Positions 1 through 7,421 are shown, counted from the first letter of the stretch. The stretch is 64,000 nt of DNA from Candidatus Woesearchaeota archaeon (GCA_016180085.1 JACPBX010000003.1:2652-66651), one strand, 5' to 3'. Notes: generated from the sequence alone by a model not told the origin. Numbers and translations: made by a program.

Positions 1-829
1 TGTTACAGACATGGCTGCGCTTAGGTTAATAATAGAAAAGTATAACATAAAGACTATCTACCATCTTGCGGCGTTGTTGTCGATTGCTGCAGAGAAGAAT
101 CCTGCGCGTGCCCAAGAAGTGAATACAACCGGCTTCATGAATGTTCTTGAGGCTGCTAGGGAGTATGGCTTGAAGGTGTTCTGGCCAAGCTCAATAGCTG
201 TTTTTGGTCCCGATGCTCCAAAGCAGGACACTCCCCAGGACGCTCCGCTTAATCCTGTGACTGTTTACGGCAAGGGCAAGGTCGCTGGCGAGCTGCAAGG
301 CAAGAAGTATTTTGAAGAGTATGGCGTTGATTTCAGGAGTGTGCGTTTTCCCGGCCTAAATGACAGGCTTGCTGAGGGCGAGAAGCCCGGCCCGGGAACG
401 ACTGAGTACGCTATGGACATGATTGCTGCGGCAAAGGAGAACAGGCCATATAAGTCGCCTCTCAGGGCTGACACTATGCTGCCTATGATGGATATGCGCG
501 ATGCTATAAGGGCAATTCTTGGCATCATGGGAGCTCCAGCTAAGAACATCACGATAAGGACAAGTTACAATCTTGCAGCTGTCAGCTTTACTCCGGCTAT
601 GCTTCAAGCTGAAATAAGAAGGCAGGTTGACAGGCCCGGCTTTAAGGTTTCATACGATGAAATTGACCAAATGAAACAAGGCATTGCAGACTCCTGGCCT
701 GACAGAATTGGCGGCTCAGTTGCGCGCCGGGATTGGAGATGGAACCTTGGCGGCTCAGTTGCGCGCCGGGATTGGGGATGGAAACACCTGTATGGTTTGC
801 CAGAAATGGTTAAGCACATGCTGAGCTAA
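1..829 (+). CDS. Extended-SDR NAD-dependent epimerase/dehydratase, L-threonine 3-dehydrogenase-like (5' end off window)
   Basis: The frame is open from the window edge. It has YGKGK (YxxxK catalytic motif) and a C-terminal IADSWP...ARRDWGW...L.EMVKHML tail typical of UDP-glucose-4-epimerase-like threonine dehydrogenases. Stop at 827-829. Confidence 0.7.
   Translation, partial: VTDMAALRLIIEKYNIKTIYHLAALLSIAAEKNPARAQEVNTTGFMNVLEAAREYGLKVFWPSSIAVFGPDAPKQDTPQDAPLNPVTVYGKGKVAGELQGKKYFEEYGVDFRSVRFPGLNDRLAEGEKPGPGTTEYAMDMIAAAKENRPYKSPLRADTMLPMMDMRDAIRAILGIMGAPAKNITIRTSYNLAAVSFTPAMLQAEIRRQVDRPGFKVSYDEIDQMKQGIADSWPDRIGGSVARRDWRWNLGGSVARRDWGWKHLYGLPEMVKHMLS
708..785 (+). repeat. In-frame 39-bp tandem duplication (2 copies, 37/39 identical)
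   Basis: Copy 708-746 is ttggcggctcagttgcgcgccgggattggagatggaacc and copy 747-785 is ttggcggctcagttgcgcgccgggattggggatggaaac. They encode IGGSVARRDWRWN / LGGSVARRDWGWK. Confidence 0.95.
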
Positions 830-874
830 CTATATTTAAATAAAAAGCGAAAGAGTAGAGCGGAGGTGATTAGG

Positions 875-913
875 ATGGGTTGTGGATGCGGAAGTGATGA
901 CGGGGGCAAGTAA
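875..913 (+). CDS. 12-aa Cys/Gly micro-ORF MGCGCGSDDGGK
   Basis: GGAGGTGA at 862-869 lies 5 nt before the ATG. A near-identical peptide is encoded at 5325-5363(-), differing at 7 synonymous positions and one terminal codon. Confidence 0.5.
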   Translation: MGCGCGSDDGGK

Positions 914-1001
914 GCCCCTACATTACCTCAACATGCTTGGCGCTGTACTGGAAGTTTATGTAAGCGGAACTTTTAAATAAAGCAATCAAGGAGGATTTCA
1001 T

Positions 1002-1295
1002 ATGAACGAATTATCGTATAAGCTTTTTTTCAAAGCGATATCGAACAAAACGCGGTTTGAAATAGTGACCCGGCTTGGTTTAGAGCAGAGCAGGGTATCT
1101 CACAATCTGAAATGCCTGGTTGATTGCGGCTTTGTGAATGGCAGGTATAAAGGAAAAAGCAGGATATATTCGCTGACTCCGGAAGTGGTGGACATCTTAA
1201 ACGCCATTAACAGGCATCTGGACAAGTATCACGCCCATCTGAAATCATGCGGGGCGTTGGAAAAGCATGATGCTCCAAGAAGTTTGGGGAGGTGA
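1002..1295 (+). CDS. ArsR/SmtB-family wHTH regulator (unusually short)
   Basis: FKAISNKTRFEI...LGLEQSRVSHNLKCLVDCGFV matches the ArsR recognition helix and wing. SD AAGGAGGA is upstream, and a TATA-like cttttaaataaa lies at about 971-982. Confidence 0.75.
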   Translation: MNELSYKLFFKAISNKTRFEIVTRLGLEQSRVSHNLKCLVDCGFVNGRYKGKSRIYSLTPEVVDILNAINRHLDKYHAHLKSCGALEKHDAPRSLGR

Positions 1296-1301
1296 ATGAA
1301 A

Positions 1302-1370
1302 ATGGCAGAAGACAAAACGTGCGGTTGCGGTTCCGGAAAGAAGGAAAAGGACTGCTGCGGAAGCGGTTAA
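1302..1370 (+). CDS. Stand-alone SEC-C-motif mini-protein (22 aa) MAEDKTCGCGSGKKEKDCCGSG
   Basis: CGCGSGKKxKxCCG fits the SEC-C zinc-binding motif (CxCxSGxKxKxCC). GGAGGTGA at 1288-1295 overlaps the ArsR stop codon. Confidence 0.55.
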   Translation: MAEDKTCGCGSGKKEKDCCGSG

Positions 1371-1406
1371 GCCTTATTCGCAATTAAAGTTGCGGAGGCG
1401 AATCCG

Positions 1407-1448
1407 ATGGCAGATACATGTGAGCATTGCGGCAGCGGAGGTGCTTAA
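1407..1448 (+). CDS. 13-aa micro-ORF MADTCEHCGSGGA
   Basis: GGAGG at 1394-1398 lies 8 nt before the ATG. It has a CxxCGSG core shared with neighbouring micro-ORFs. Confidence 0.35.
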   Translation: MADTCEHCGSGGA

Positions 1449-1499
1449 GCACATCTAGCTGAGCATACATACGATAAAAGCTGAGGAGGTAATAAAAAA

Positions 1500-1739
1500 A
1501 TGGTAAAAGTGAAAGTTTACAGCACGCCAACGTGTCCCTGGTGTAAGAAGACAAAGGAGTTCCTAAAGGAGAACAGCATCCCTTACCAGGACGTAAACGT
1601 TGCAGGCGACCAAAAAGCGGCGGAGGAGATGTTTAAGAAGTCAGGCCAGATGGGCGTGCCAGTAACGGACATCGACGGGCAGATAGTGGTTGGCTTTGAC
1701 AAGCCAAAGTTGAAGGAACTGTTGAAAATCGGCGGATGA
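1500..1739 (+). CDS. Glutaredoxin-like protein (YruB/NrdH-like, CPWC active site)
   Basis: 79 aa, with YSTPTCPWCKKTKEFL and GVPV...GFD glutaredoxin-fold motifs. SD GAGGAGGT is upstream. Confidence 0.9.
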   Translation: MVKVKVYSTPTCPWCKKTKEFLKENSIPYQDVNVAGDQKAAEEMFKKSGQMGVPVTDIDGQIVVGFDKPKLKELLKIGG

Positions 1740-1805
1740 GGTAAAGTTAAGATTTGTTGCTGCCGAGTGATTGAATTTGCCGGAAGTTAGTGGCAGTTTG
1801 GTTTC

Positions 1806-1937
1806 ATGATGAAAGAGATGGTTCAGTTGGCCTGTGAGGTTTGCATTGAAGGAGAAAAGGGAAGAATATGCATTGACATCTGTAAATTTCTCGAAACAGG
1901 GAGGATGGAGTGCAGGTTCAGGGAAAAGCTTATTTAG
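1806..1937 (+). CDS. 43-aa five-Cys mini-protein (CxxC-x8-CxxxC-x9-C)
   Basis: The translation is MMKEMVQLACEVCIEGEKGRICIDICKFLETGRMECRFREKLI. It lies between the glutaredoxin and thioredoxin reductase genes. No clear SD was seen. Confidence 0.35.
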   Translation: MMKEMVQLACEVCIEGEKGRICIDICKFLETGRMECRFREKLI

Positions 1938-2051
1938 CTGGTCTCAAAACAGCGTAGTCAACGGCCTTGGCAGGCAAAAGTCGAAGAAATTGCTGGGAAT
2001 TGGCAAATGAAGTGGTGAGAATGCATAAAACGCTTAAGAGGGAGATGCCGC

Positions 2052-3071
2052 ATGACAAACAAGGCTGAAGGGATGTACGATGTCATAATAATCGGCGCGG
2101 GCGTTACAGGCCTTGCTGCTGGCATGTACGCTGGCAGGTTGAACATGAGGACCCTTGTTCTTGGAGCCACTTCAGGCACTGAGCAGCCAATCGGAGGGGT
2201 TATTACGCTTACCGAGGTCGTGGAGAATTATCCCGCGTTTATCAGGCTGACTGGCTCTGAACTTGCTGAGAACATGAGGAAACATGCAGAGGATTACAAA
2301 GAGAAAGTCACAATTGAAGAAGGAAAAGTGTTGGAAGTCAAGCGCCATGACGAGCGCGGGTGCTTTGCAGTAAAAACAGACGAAAAAGATTACGAAGCAA
2401 AGAGCATTATATTTGCAACAGGCACAAGGTGGAGAAAGTTGCCCATGAAAGGGGCAAAGGAATTTGAGAATAGGGGAGTTCATTATTGCGCGTTATGCGA
2501 TGGGCCTGTGTACAATGGCAAGGTAGTTGCAGTCGTTGGCGGCAGTGACACGGCTGTCAAGGAAGCTCTGTTTTTGGCTGAGTATGCGAAGAAGGTGTAC
2601 ATAATATATCGCGGTGATAAAATAAGGCCTGAGCCTGTTAACGCTAGACGTGTTGACGAGAACAAGAAAATTGTGGTGATAAACAACACTAACATCACTG
2701 AGATTGTGGGTGATAAACTGGTGAGTGAGGTTAAGCTTGATAAAAAGTTTGAAGGAAGCGATGCACTTAAGGTTGATGGTGTTTTTGGTGCTATAGGCAG
2801 CACACCGCTGTCGGAGCTCGCTGTGGGCATAGGCGTAAAGACTAATGAGAAAGGTGAAATCATGATTAACCATAAGGACTCAAGTACAAATGTTAAGGGC
2901 GTTTTTGCCGCTGGCGACGTTACTGACAAGGACTTCAAGCAGGCAATTACTGGTGTAGCGGAAGGAGTTACTGCTGCGCATTCAGCTTACCAGTATGTGA
3001 GCGAAATCGAATTTGTCTGTGTGTTTGATGATAAGCTATATGCGGAATCAAAGGCTGGTAACACGGAGTGA
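2052..3071 (+). CDS. trxB: Thioredoxin-disulfide reductase
   Basis: FAD motif DVIIIGAGVTGLAAG, redox-active CALCDG, and a second dinucleotide motif VVGGSDTAVKEA. Confidence 0.85.
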   Translation: MTNKAEGMYDVIIIGAGVTGLAAGMYAGRLNMRTLVLGATSGTEQPIGGVITLTEVVENYPAFIRLTGSELAENMRKHAEDYKEKVTIEEGKVLEVKRHDERGCFAVKTDEKDYEAKSIIFATGTRWRKLPMKGAKEFENRGVHYCALCDGPVYNGKVVAVVGGSDTAVKEALFLAEYAKKVYIIYRGDKIRPEPVNARRVDENKKIVVINNTNITEIVGDKLVSEVKLDKKFEGSDALKVDGVFGAIGSTPLSELAVGIGVKTNEKGEIMINHKDSSTNVKGVFAAGDVTDKDFKQAITGVAEGVTAAHSAYQYVSEIEFVCVFDDKLYAESKAGNTE

Positions 3072-3078
3072 TGAAAAA

Positions 3079-3234
3079 GTGCGAGAAACAAGAAAGGCAG
3101 GCAAAGTGTACTACACTTGCGATGAGTGCGGCTTTGCCTACGAAACTAAGGAGTTTGCCCAGAAATGCGAGGATTGGTGCTCAGAGCACCACAGCTGCAG
3201 CCTTGAGATTACAAAACATGCTGTTGAGGTTTAG
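3079..3234 (+). CDS. Small Cys-rich zinc-ribbon-like protein (about 51 aa; start uncertain)
   Basis: KVYYTCDECGFAYETKEFAQKCEDWCSEHHSCSLEI. The frame is the same as track ORF 3013-3234. A GTG at 3079 follows GGAGTGA, which overlaps the trxB stop. Confidence 0.55.
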   Translation: MRETRKAGKVYYTCDECGFAYETKEFAQKCEDWCSEHHSCSLEITKHAVEV

Positions 3235-3336
3235 TGCTCTGGAAGTTTTTGCTTCAGTGATTGTTTCATTTGCGTTTAAGCGATAAACTTTTATATTTCC
3301 CATGCAGAGTTCTGCAAGGGTGCTTTTGGTCAGAAA

Positions 3337-5328
3337 ATGACGCGCCATATTGTTTTGGGTAATGGAACGCTGCTGGTGAATATCGACAAGTGGCTGCAGG
3401 TCAGGGATTTTTATTACCCCCACCCAGGCCAGGAGAACCATCTGCTCGGCCATGCGCACAGGGTCGGAGTTTTTGTTGGCGGGAAGCTTTCCTGGGTTAA
3501 TGAGGATTCGTGGCTGAGGAAGCTTTCCTACGTGGATGACACTCTGATCTCTGAAAGTTTGGCCAGTAACGCTGCGATGGAATGTTCATTGAAATTTAAC
3601 GACTGTGTTGACTGCAGCAAGGACGTTTTCCTGAGAAAGCTTACCCTTTCAAACGACAGCGGCAGTGAGAGGGATTTCACTGTTTTCTTCCATCATGATT
3701 TCCACCTTTACGGGGATGGCGTTGGTGATACTACAGGATATGACCCTGTTCGTAATTCTGTTTTTCATTACAAGCGCCGCAGGTACTTTCTCATCTCAGT
3801 TGTGCAGGCTGGCTCGCGCAGGAGCAATATCTTCGAATACTCCGTTGGCTTGTCTGATTCAGGAGGCACTTTAAATGATGCTTATGATGGCGCACTAGGT
3901 AAAATTCCAATAGCGCAGGGCTCTGTTGATTCCATATGCTCGGTAAAAGCGCTGCTTAAGCCTCACTCTTCAGCTGTTTTTTACTATTTTATCTGCTGCG
4001 GCAGGAGCTTTGATGATGTGAACGCTCTTCAGTCTTACGTGCTTGACAAGACACCTGAGGAATTCTTCAGGGAGACTGACGTGTGCTGGAGGGGTTATTG
4101 TGGGAAAGCCAAAAAGCTTCATTTTGCTGACTTGAGCCATGAGGAAGTGGACCTTTTCAAGCGCTCGCTTCTGATTACGAGGACCCAGATTGATAAGCAC
4201 GGTGCTATCCTGGCAGCTAACGACTCCGATAATGTGCAGTTTAACAAAGATACTTATTCATATGTTTGGCATAGGGACGGCGCTTTTGCGGCTTTGGCTT
4301 TGCAGAGGGCTGGCTATTTTGAGCTTGCAGAAAACTTTTACCTTTTCTGCAGCCGGGTGATTGAGCGTAACAAGCGGGAGGGTTATTTCCTGCACAAGTA
4401 CAATCCCGATGGCTCTTTGGGCAGCAGCTGGCACCCGTGGATAAAGGACGAAAAGCCGCAGCTCCCAATACAGGAGGATGGGTCTGCATTACCGGTTTAC
4501 GCGCTGTGGGATTATTATGTGCGCACAGGTGAGAAAAAGTTTGTTCGCGATATGTATGAGAAGTTTGCAAAGCCGGCTGCCGAGTTCATGTGCGGCTATG
4601 TTTACAAGGGGCTGCCAAGGGAGAGTTATGACTTGTGGGAGGAGCGCCAAGGCATCCTTACCTTTACCTGCAATGCCGTCTGTGCTGGGCTGAACGCTGC
4701 CGCAAATCTTGCAAAGGAGTTTCGTGACAAGGATTACAAGCGGTATGCTGCTGCAGCAGCAAAGGTGCATGCCTCGGTTGCAAGGCACTTGTACAGTAAG
4801 ATGCAGGGCAGGTTTGTGCGCATGACCAATCTTGTCAATGGAAAATTTGTTGCCGACTTAACCGTTGACAGCAGTTTGTACGCTAATTTTGCCCTTTGCG
4901 GGTTCAAGCCGGATGACAAGAGGGTCATAGGCACGATGAAGGCAATTGAGAAATACCTTTGGGTAAAAACAGGCATTGGAGGAGTTGCCAGGTATTACAG
5001 CGACCAGTATCACAAGAACTCGAATGATTTTGAAACTGTGCCTGGGAACCCGTGGTTTATCTGTACACTATGGCTAGCGAAATGGTACATTGCCATAGCC
5101 AAGAGCCTGGAAGATTTGAAGAAGCCCAGGGAGCTTATAAGGTGGGTTGTAGAACATGCATTGCCAACAGGCGTGCTTCCTGAGCAGATTCATCCCTATA
5201 GCGGAGAGCCGCTTTCAGTCGCCCCCTTGACGTGGAGTCACTCAGAGTATGTTGATACCGTGCTTGATTACAGTGCAAAGTACAAAGCGCTCAGTTCAGT
5301 AAATGTAAAAATTAAGAAAAAGAATTAA
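3337..5328 (+). CDS. Glycoside hydrolase family 15 (glucoamylase/trehalase-like)
   Basis: YSYVWHRDGAFAALAL, LPIQEDGSALPVYALW, ESYDLWEER and LPEQIHP...PLTWSHSEYV are GH15 catalytic-domain signatures. Confidence 0.9.
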   Translation: MTRHIVLGNGTLLVNIDKWLQVRDFYYPHPGQENHLLGHAHRVGVFVGGKLSWVNEDSWLRKLSYVDDTLISESLASNAAMECSLKFNDCVDCSKDVFLRKLTLSNDSGSERDFTVFFHHDFHLYGDGVGDTTGYDPVRNSVFHYKRRRYFLISVVQAGSRRSNIFEYSVGLSDSGGTLNDAYDGALGKIPIAQGSVDSICSVKALLKPHSSAVFYYFICCGRSFDDVNALQSYVLDKTPEEFFRETDVCWRGYCGKAKKLHFADLSHEEVDLFKRSLLITRTQIDKHGAILAANDSDNVQFNKDTYSYVWHRDGAFAALALQRAGYFELAENFYLFCSRVIERNKREGYFLHKYNPDGSLGSSWHPWIKDEKPQLPIQEDGSALPVYALWDYYVRTGEKKFVRDMYEKFAKPAAEFMCGYVYKGLPRESYDLWEERQGILTFTCNAVCAGLNAAANLAKEFRDKDYKRYAAAAAKVHASVARHLYSKMQGRFVRMTNLVNGKFVADLTVDSSLYANFALCGFKPDDKRVIGTMKAIEKYLWVKTGIGGVARYYSDQYHKNSNDFETVPGNPWFICTLWLAKWYIAIAKSLEDLKKPRELIRWVVEHALPTGVLPEQIHPYSGEPLSVAPLTWSHSEYVDTVLDYSAKYKALSSVNVKIKKKN

Positions 5329-5363
5329 TGCCCTCCATCGTCACTGCCGCATCCGCATCCCAT
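5325..5363 (-). CDS. 12-aa Cys/Gly micro-ORF MGCGCGSDDGGH
   Basis: Strong SD GGAGGAGGG (plus-strand 5372-5380) lies 8 nt before the ATG. It is a paralog of 875-913 with synonymous-only divergence over 11 codons. Confidence 0.5.
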   Translation of the reverse strand: MGCGCGSDDGGH

Positions 5364-5387
5364 TTTACTTTCCCTCCTCCTTCGTGT

Positions 5388-5627
5388 TTAAGCGCCCAGC
5401 TTTAAAGCCTTCTTAAGCGCGTTTTTGTCAAATCCCACAACTATCTGCCCGTCTACGTCTATAACCGGCACGCCCATCTGGCCTGACTTCTCAATCATCT
5501 GCTGGGCAGCCTTGTGGTCGGCTGCCACGTTTATTTCCTGATAGGGAACATTGCTCTCCCTTAGGAACTCCTTCGTTTTCTGGCACCACGGGCATGTAGG
5601 CGTGCTGTAAATGGTTACTTTTGCCAT
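5388..5627 (-). CDS. Glutaredoxin-like protein (YruB/NrdH-like, CPWC), second copy
   Basis: 79 aa, with 55/79 residues identical to 1500-1739 by hand alignment. Confidence 0.9.
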   Translation of the reverse strand: MAKVTIYSTPTCPWCQKTKEFLRESNVPYQEINVAADHKAAQQMIEKSGQMGVPVIDVDGQIVVGFDKNALKKALKLGA

Positions 5628-5642
5628 CGTCCATCTCCGCCC

Positions 5643-5738
5643 TCACATGCCGCTGCCGCAGCATGAGCTGTACTTTTTGCCAGAGCCGCAGCCGCACATT
5701 TTTTCTGATTTTTCGCTTTTTTCTTTCTTCATTGCCAT
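5643..5738 (-). CDS. Stand-alone SEC-C-motif mini-protein (29-31 aa) ...MCGCGSGKKYSSCCGSGM
   Basis: It carries a CGCGSGKKxxxCCG SEC-C motif and sits directly upstream of the glutaredoxin-like gene, as on the other arm. AAGGTGA precedes the second ATG (5732). Confidence 0.55.
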   Translation of the reverse strand: MAMKKEKSEKSEKMCGCGSGKKYSSCCGSGM

Positions 5739-5858
5739 CACCTTCGCTTGTTTTATTTTTTATCCGCATCGTTAATGATAGCGGTTAATAATAAATAATT
5801 GATGTTTAAATTTTAAAATTACTTTTAAAGTTAAACGTTTTGACTGCAGCCGCATTTT

Positions 5859-7421
5859 TTACGGTTCTGTCTTCCACAGTTCTGTTTCCGGATGCTGCGC
5901 TGCCCACGAAAACCAGAAAGCTCCTATGCTTGGCAGCTGCTGAATCTCGGCGTTTTTTAATTCTCCGGAGACCGCCTTTAAGGAAGAGCCGCTGACCTGC
6001 CATTCTCCTCCCGTTTGGTCAAGAAGTTTGCCGCTGCTAAGGTTAAACCTCATCACTTTCGTCCCAATGCTCCTGTCAAACAGCTTTACGGCAGCTGTTT
6101 CGGGGTCTGCAATAACTAACAGTTCCCTCCCTTCGAAATTGTCATTTAATAAGCCAACCGTCAGGATGCTTTCCTCGTTATACGCCTTGTATTTGCCGTT
6201 TAGCTCAATTCCCTGAATTCTTGCCTTTGCAAAAAGCCTTTCGTCCTTGACAGCGACAGGGAACAGCGTTCCCTCACTGTCCTTGTAGCCGCCATACGGG
6301 TCTGTGCCATAAGGCCGTGCGTGGCCAGTGTCCCTGGATAGCACCTTTGTTTCAGGATACAGCTTCTTCCACCTCGCCCATGTTGTTGTTTCAATCGGTA
6401 CAACTGCCAGTTTTTGCCCGGCGAGCTCACCAACTGCACCTTTTCCTGTGAGCTGGTTCCAAAGCGTTTTTGTCTTCCTGTCATACATAAGCAGGTTGTT
6501 GTTGTAAAGCTTTCCTGAAGTGCCGAAAGTGACTGTTTCGCCATTAATTCTTCGCTCAAATGCTATGCCCGTGTCGCACAGGGGGCAGAAGGTAATGGCA
6601 AGCGGCTTTCCACGCACTTCATCGTTGACAATCTCGTGCCAGGTCATTATTTGCTCCGGGTAGGCTCGTGCCTCGCCATCAAGGTAAAGCCCCAGGACGA
6701 TTTCATCGTTGTTAAGCCAATTTTCAGCCTCTGGTGCTGTGATGAACTTGGGGCTGTCGATAGCCGGTATCCTGTCTTGCGGCAGAACCTCAACGATTTC
6801 GTCCAGCGGTATGGTATGTTTCACGCCGTTTGTTACTTTTGCCTCGTCCTTTTCTGCCTCTTTTATGTCTCTGGTTGAGCCAGTCAGCTTGCTTAGCTCT
6901 GATGTCAGCAGCTCATAATTTACAGGTCCTGTTATCCTGTTCCTTATTATGCCTTCTGAATCAATGAAGAAATGCACCGGCTGCCCAATTGTAAAATATT
7001 TCTTGCTCACAGAACCATCCGTATCAACTGCTACCACATAGGATATGTTATGTCTTTTGGCGTATTTAGAGACAGTTTCCAGGTCCTCCCTAATGCTTAC
7101 GCCTATGAACTGCACATCTTTGACCTCTGTTGCCGCCTTATTCAGGTCAGGCTGCTCTTCTCCACATATGGGGCACCATGTTGTGAAGAAGTTGATGTAC
7201 GCGGGTTTGCCGCTGTAGCTGCCGATGCTCACCGTAGTTCCGTCTGTTGCAGTGAGCGAGAACTGCGGCGCTTTTGAGTTAATCTCTCCGCTGCCCTCCT
7301 GGAAAGCGGCGAGTGTTTTTGCTATTTTCCCCTGTGCCTCGCTTGGGCTTTTCTGGCAGCCGGATGCAAGGATTACTGCCATCAATGCCGCCACTATGCC
7401 GATTGCTGCAAATCCTTTCAT
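5859..7421 (-). CDS. Lipoprotein fusing a TlpA/ResA-like thioredoxin domain to a DUF3179 domain
   Basis: Signal/lipobox AVILASGC, thioredoxin-fold WCPIC, and a C-terminal IPAIDSPKF...ARAYP...HEIVND...FCPLCDTG pattern typical of DUF3179. Confidence 0.8.
   Translation of the reverse strand: MKGFAAIGIVAALMAVILASGCQKSPSEAQGKIAKTLAAFQEGSGEINSKAPQFSLTATDGTTVSIGSYSGKPAYINFFTTWCPICGEEQPDLNKAATEVKDVQFIGVSIREDLETVSKYAKRHNISYVVAVDTDGSVSKKYFTIGQPVHFFIDSEGIIRNRITGPVNYELLTSELSKLTGSTRDIKEAEKDEAKVTNGVKHTIPLDEIVEVLPQDRIPAIDSPKFITAPEAENWLNNDEIVLGLYLDGEARAYPEQIMTWHEIVNDEVRGKPLAITFCPLCDTGIAFERRINGETVTFGTSGKLYNNNLLMYDRKTKTLWNQLTGKGAVGELAGQKLAVVPIETTTWARWKKLYPETKVLSRDTGHARPYGTDPYGGYKDSEGTLFPVAVKDERLFAKARIQGIELNGKYKAYNEESILTVGLLNDNFEGRELLVIADPETAAVKLFDRSIGTKVMRFNLSSGKLLDQTGGEWQVSGSSLKAVSGELKNAEIQQLPSIGAFWFSWAAQHPETELWKTEP

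Noticed and set aside
3068-3286. 72-aa ORF (MMKKCEKQERQAKC...) in an alternative frame after trxB
   Set aside because: The overlapping frame (3079-3234) encodes a coherent Cys-rich zinc-ribbon-like protein. This frame gives an Ala/Leu/Arg-rich sequence typical of a wrong frame.
5491-5769. 92-aa minus-strand ORF spanning the second glutaredoxin start and the SEC-C micro-ORF
   Set aside because: It is out of frame with both better-supported genes, and its highly basic, low-complexity translation looks non-coding.
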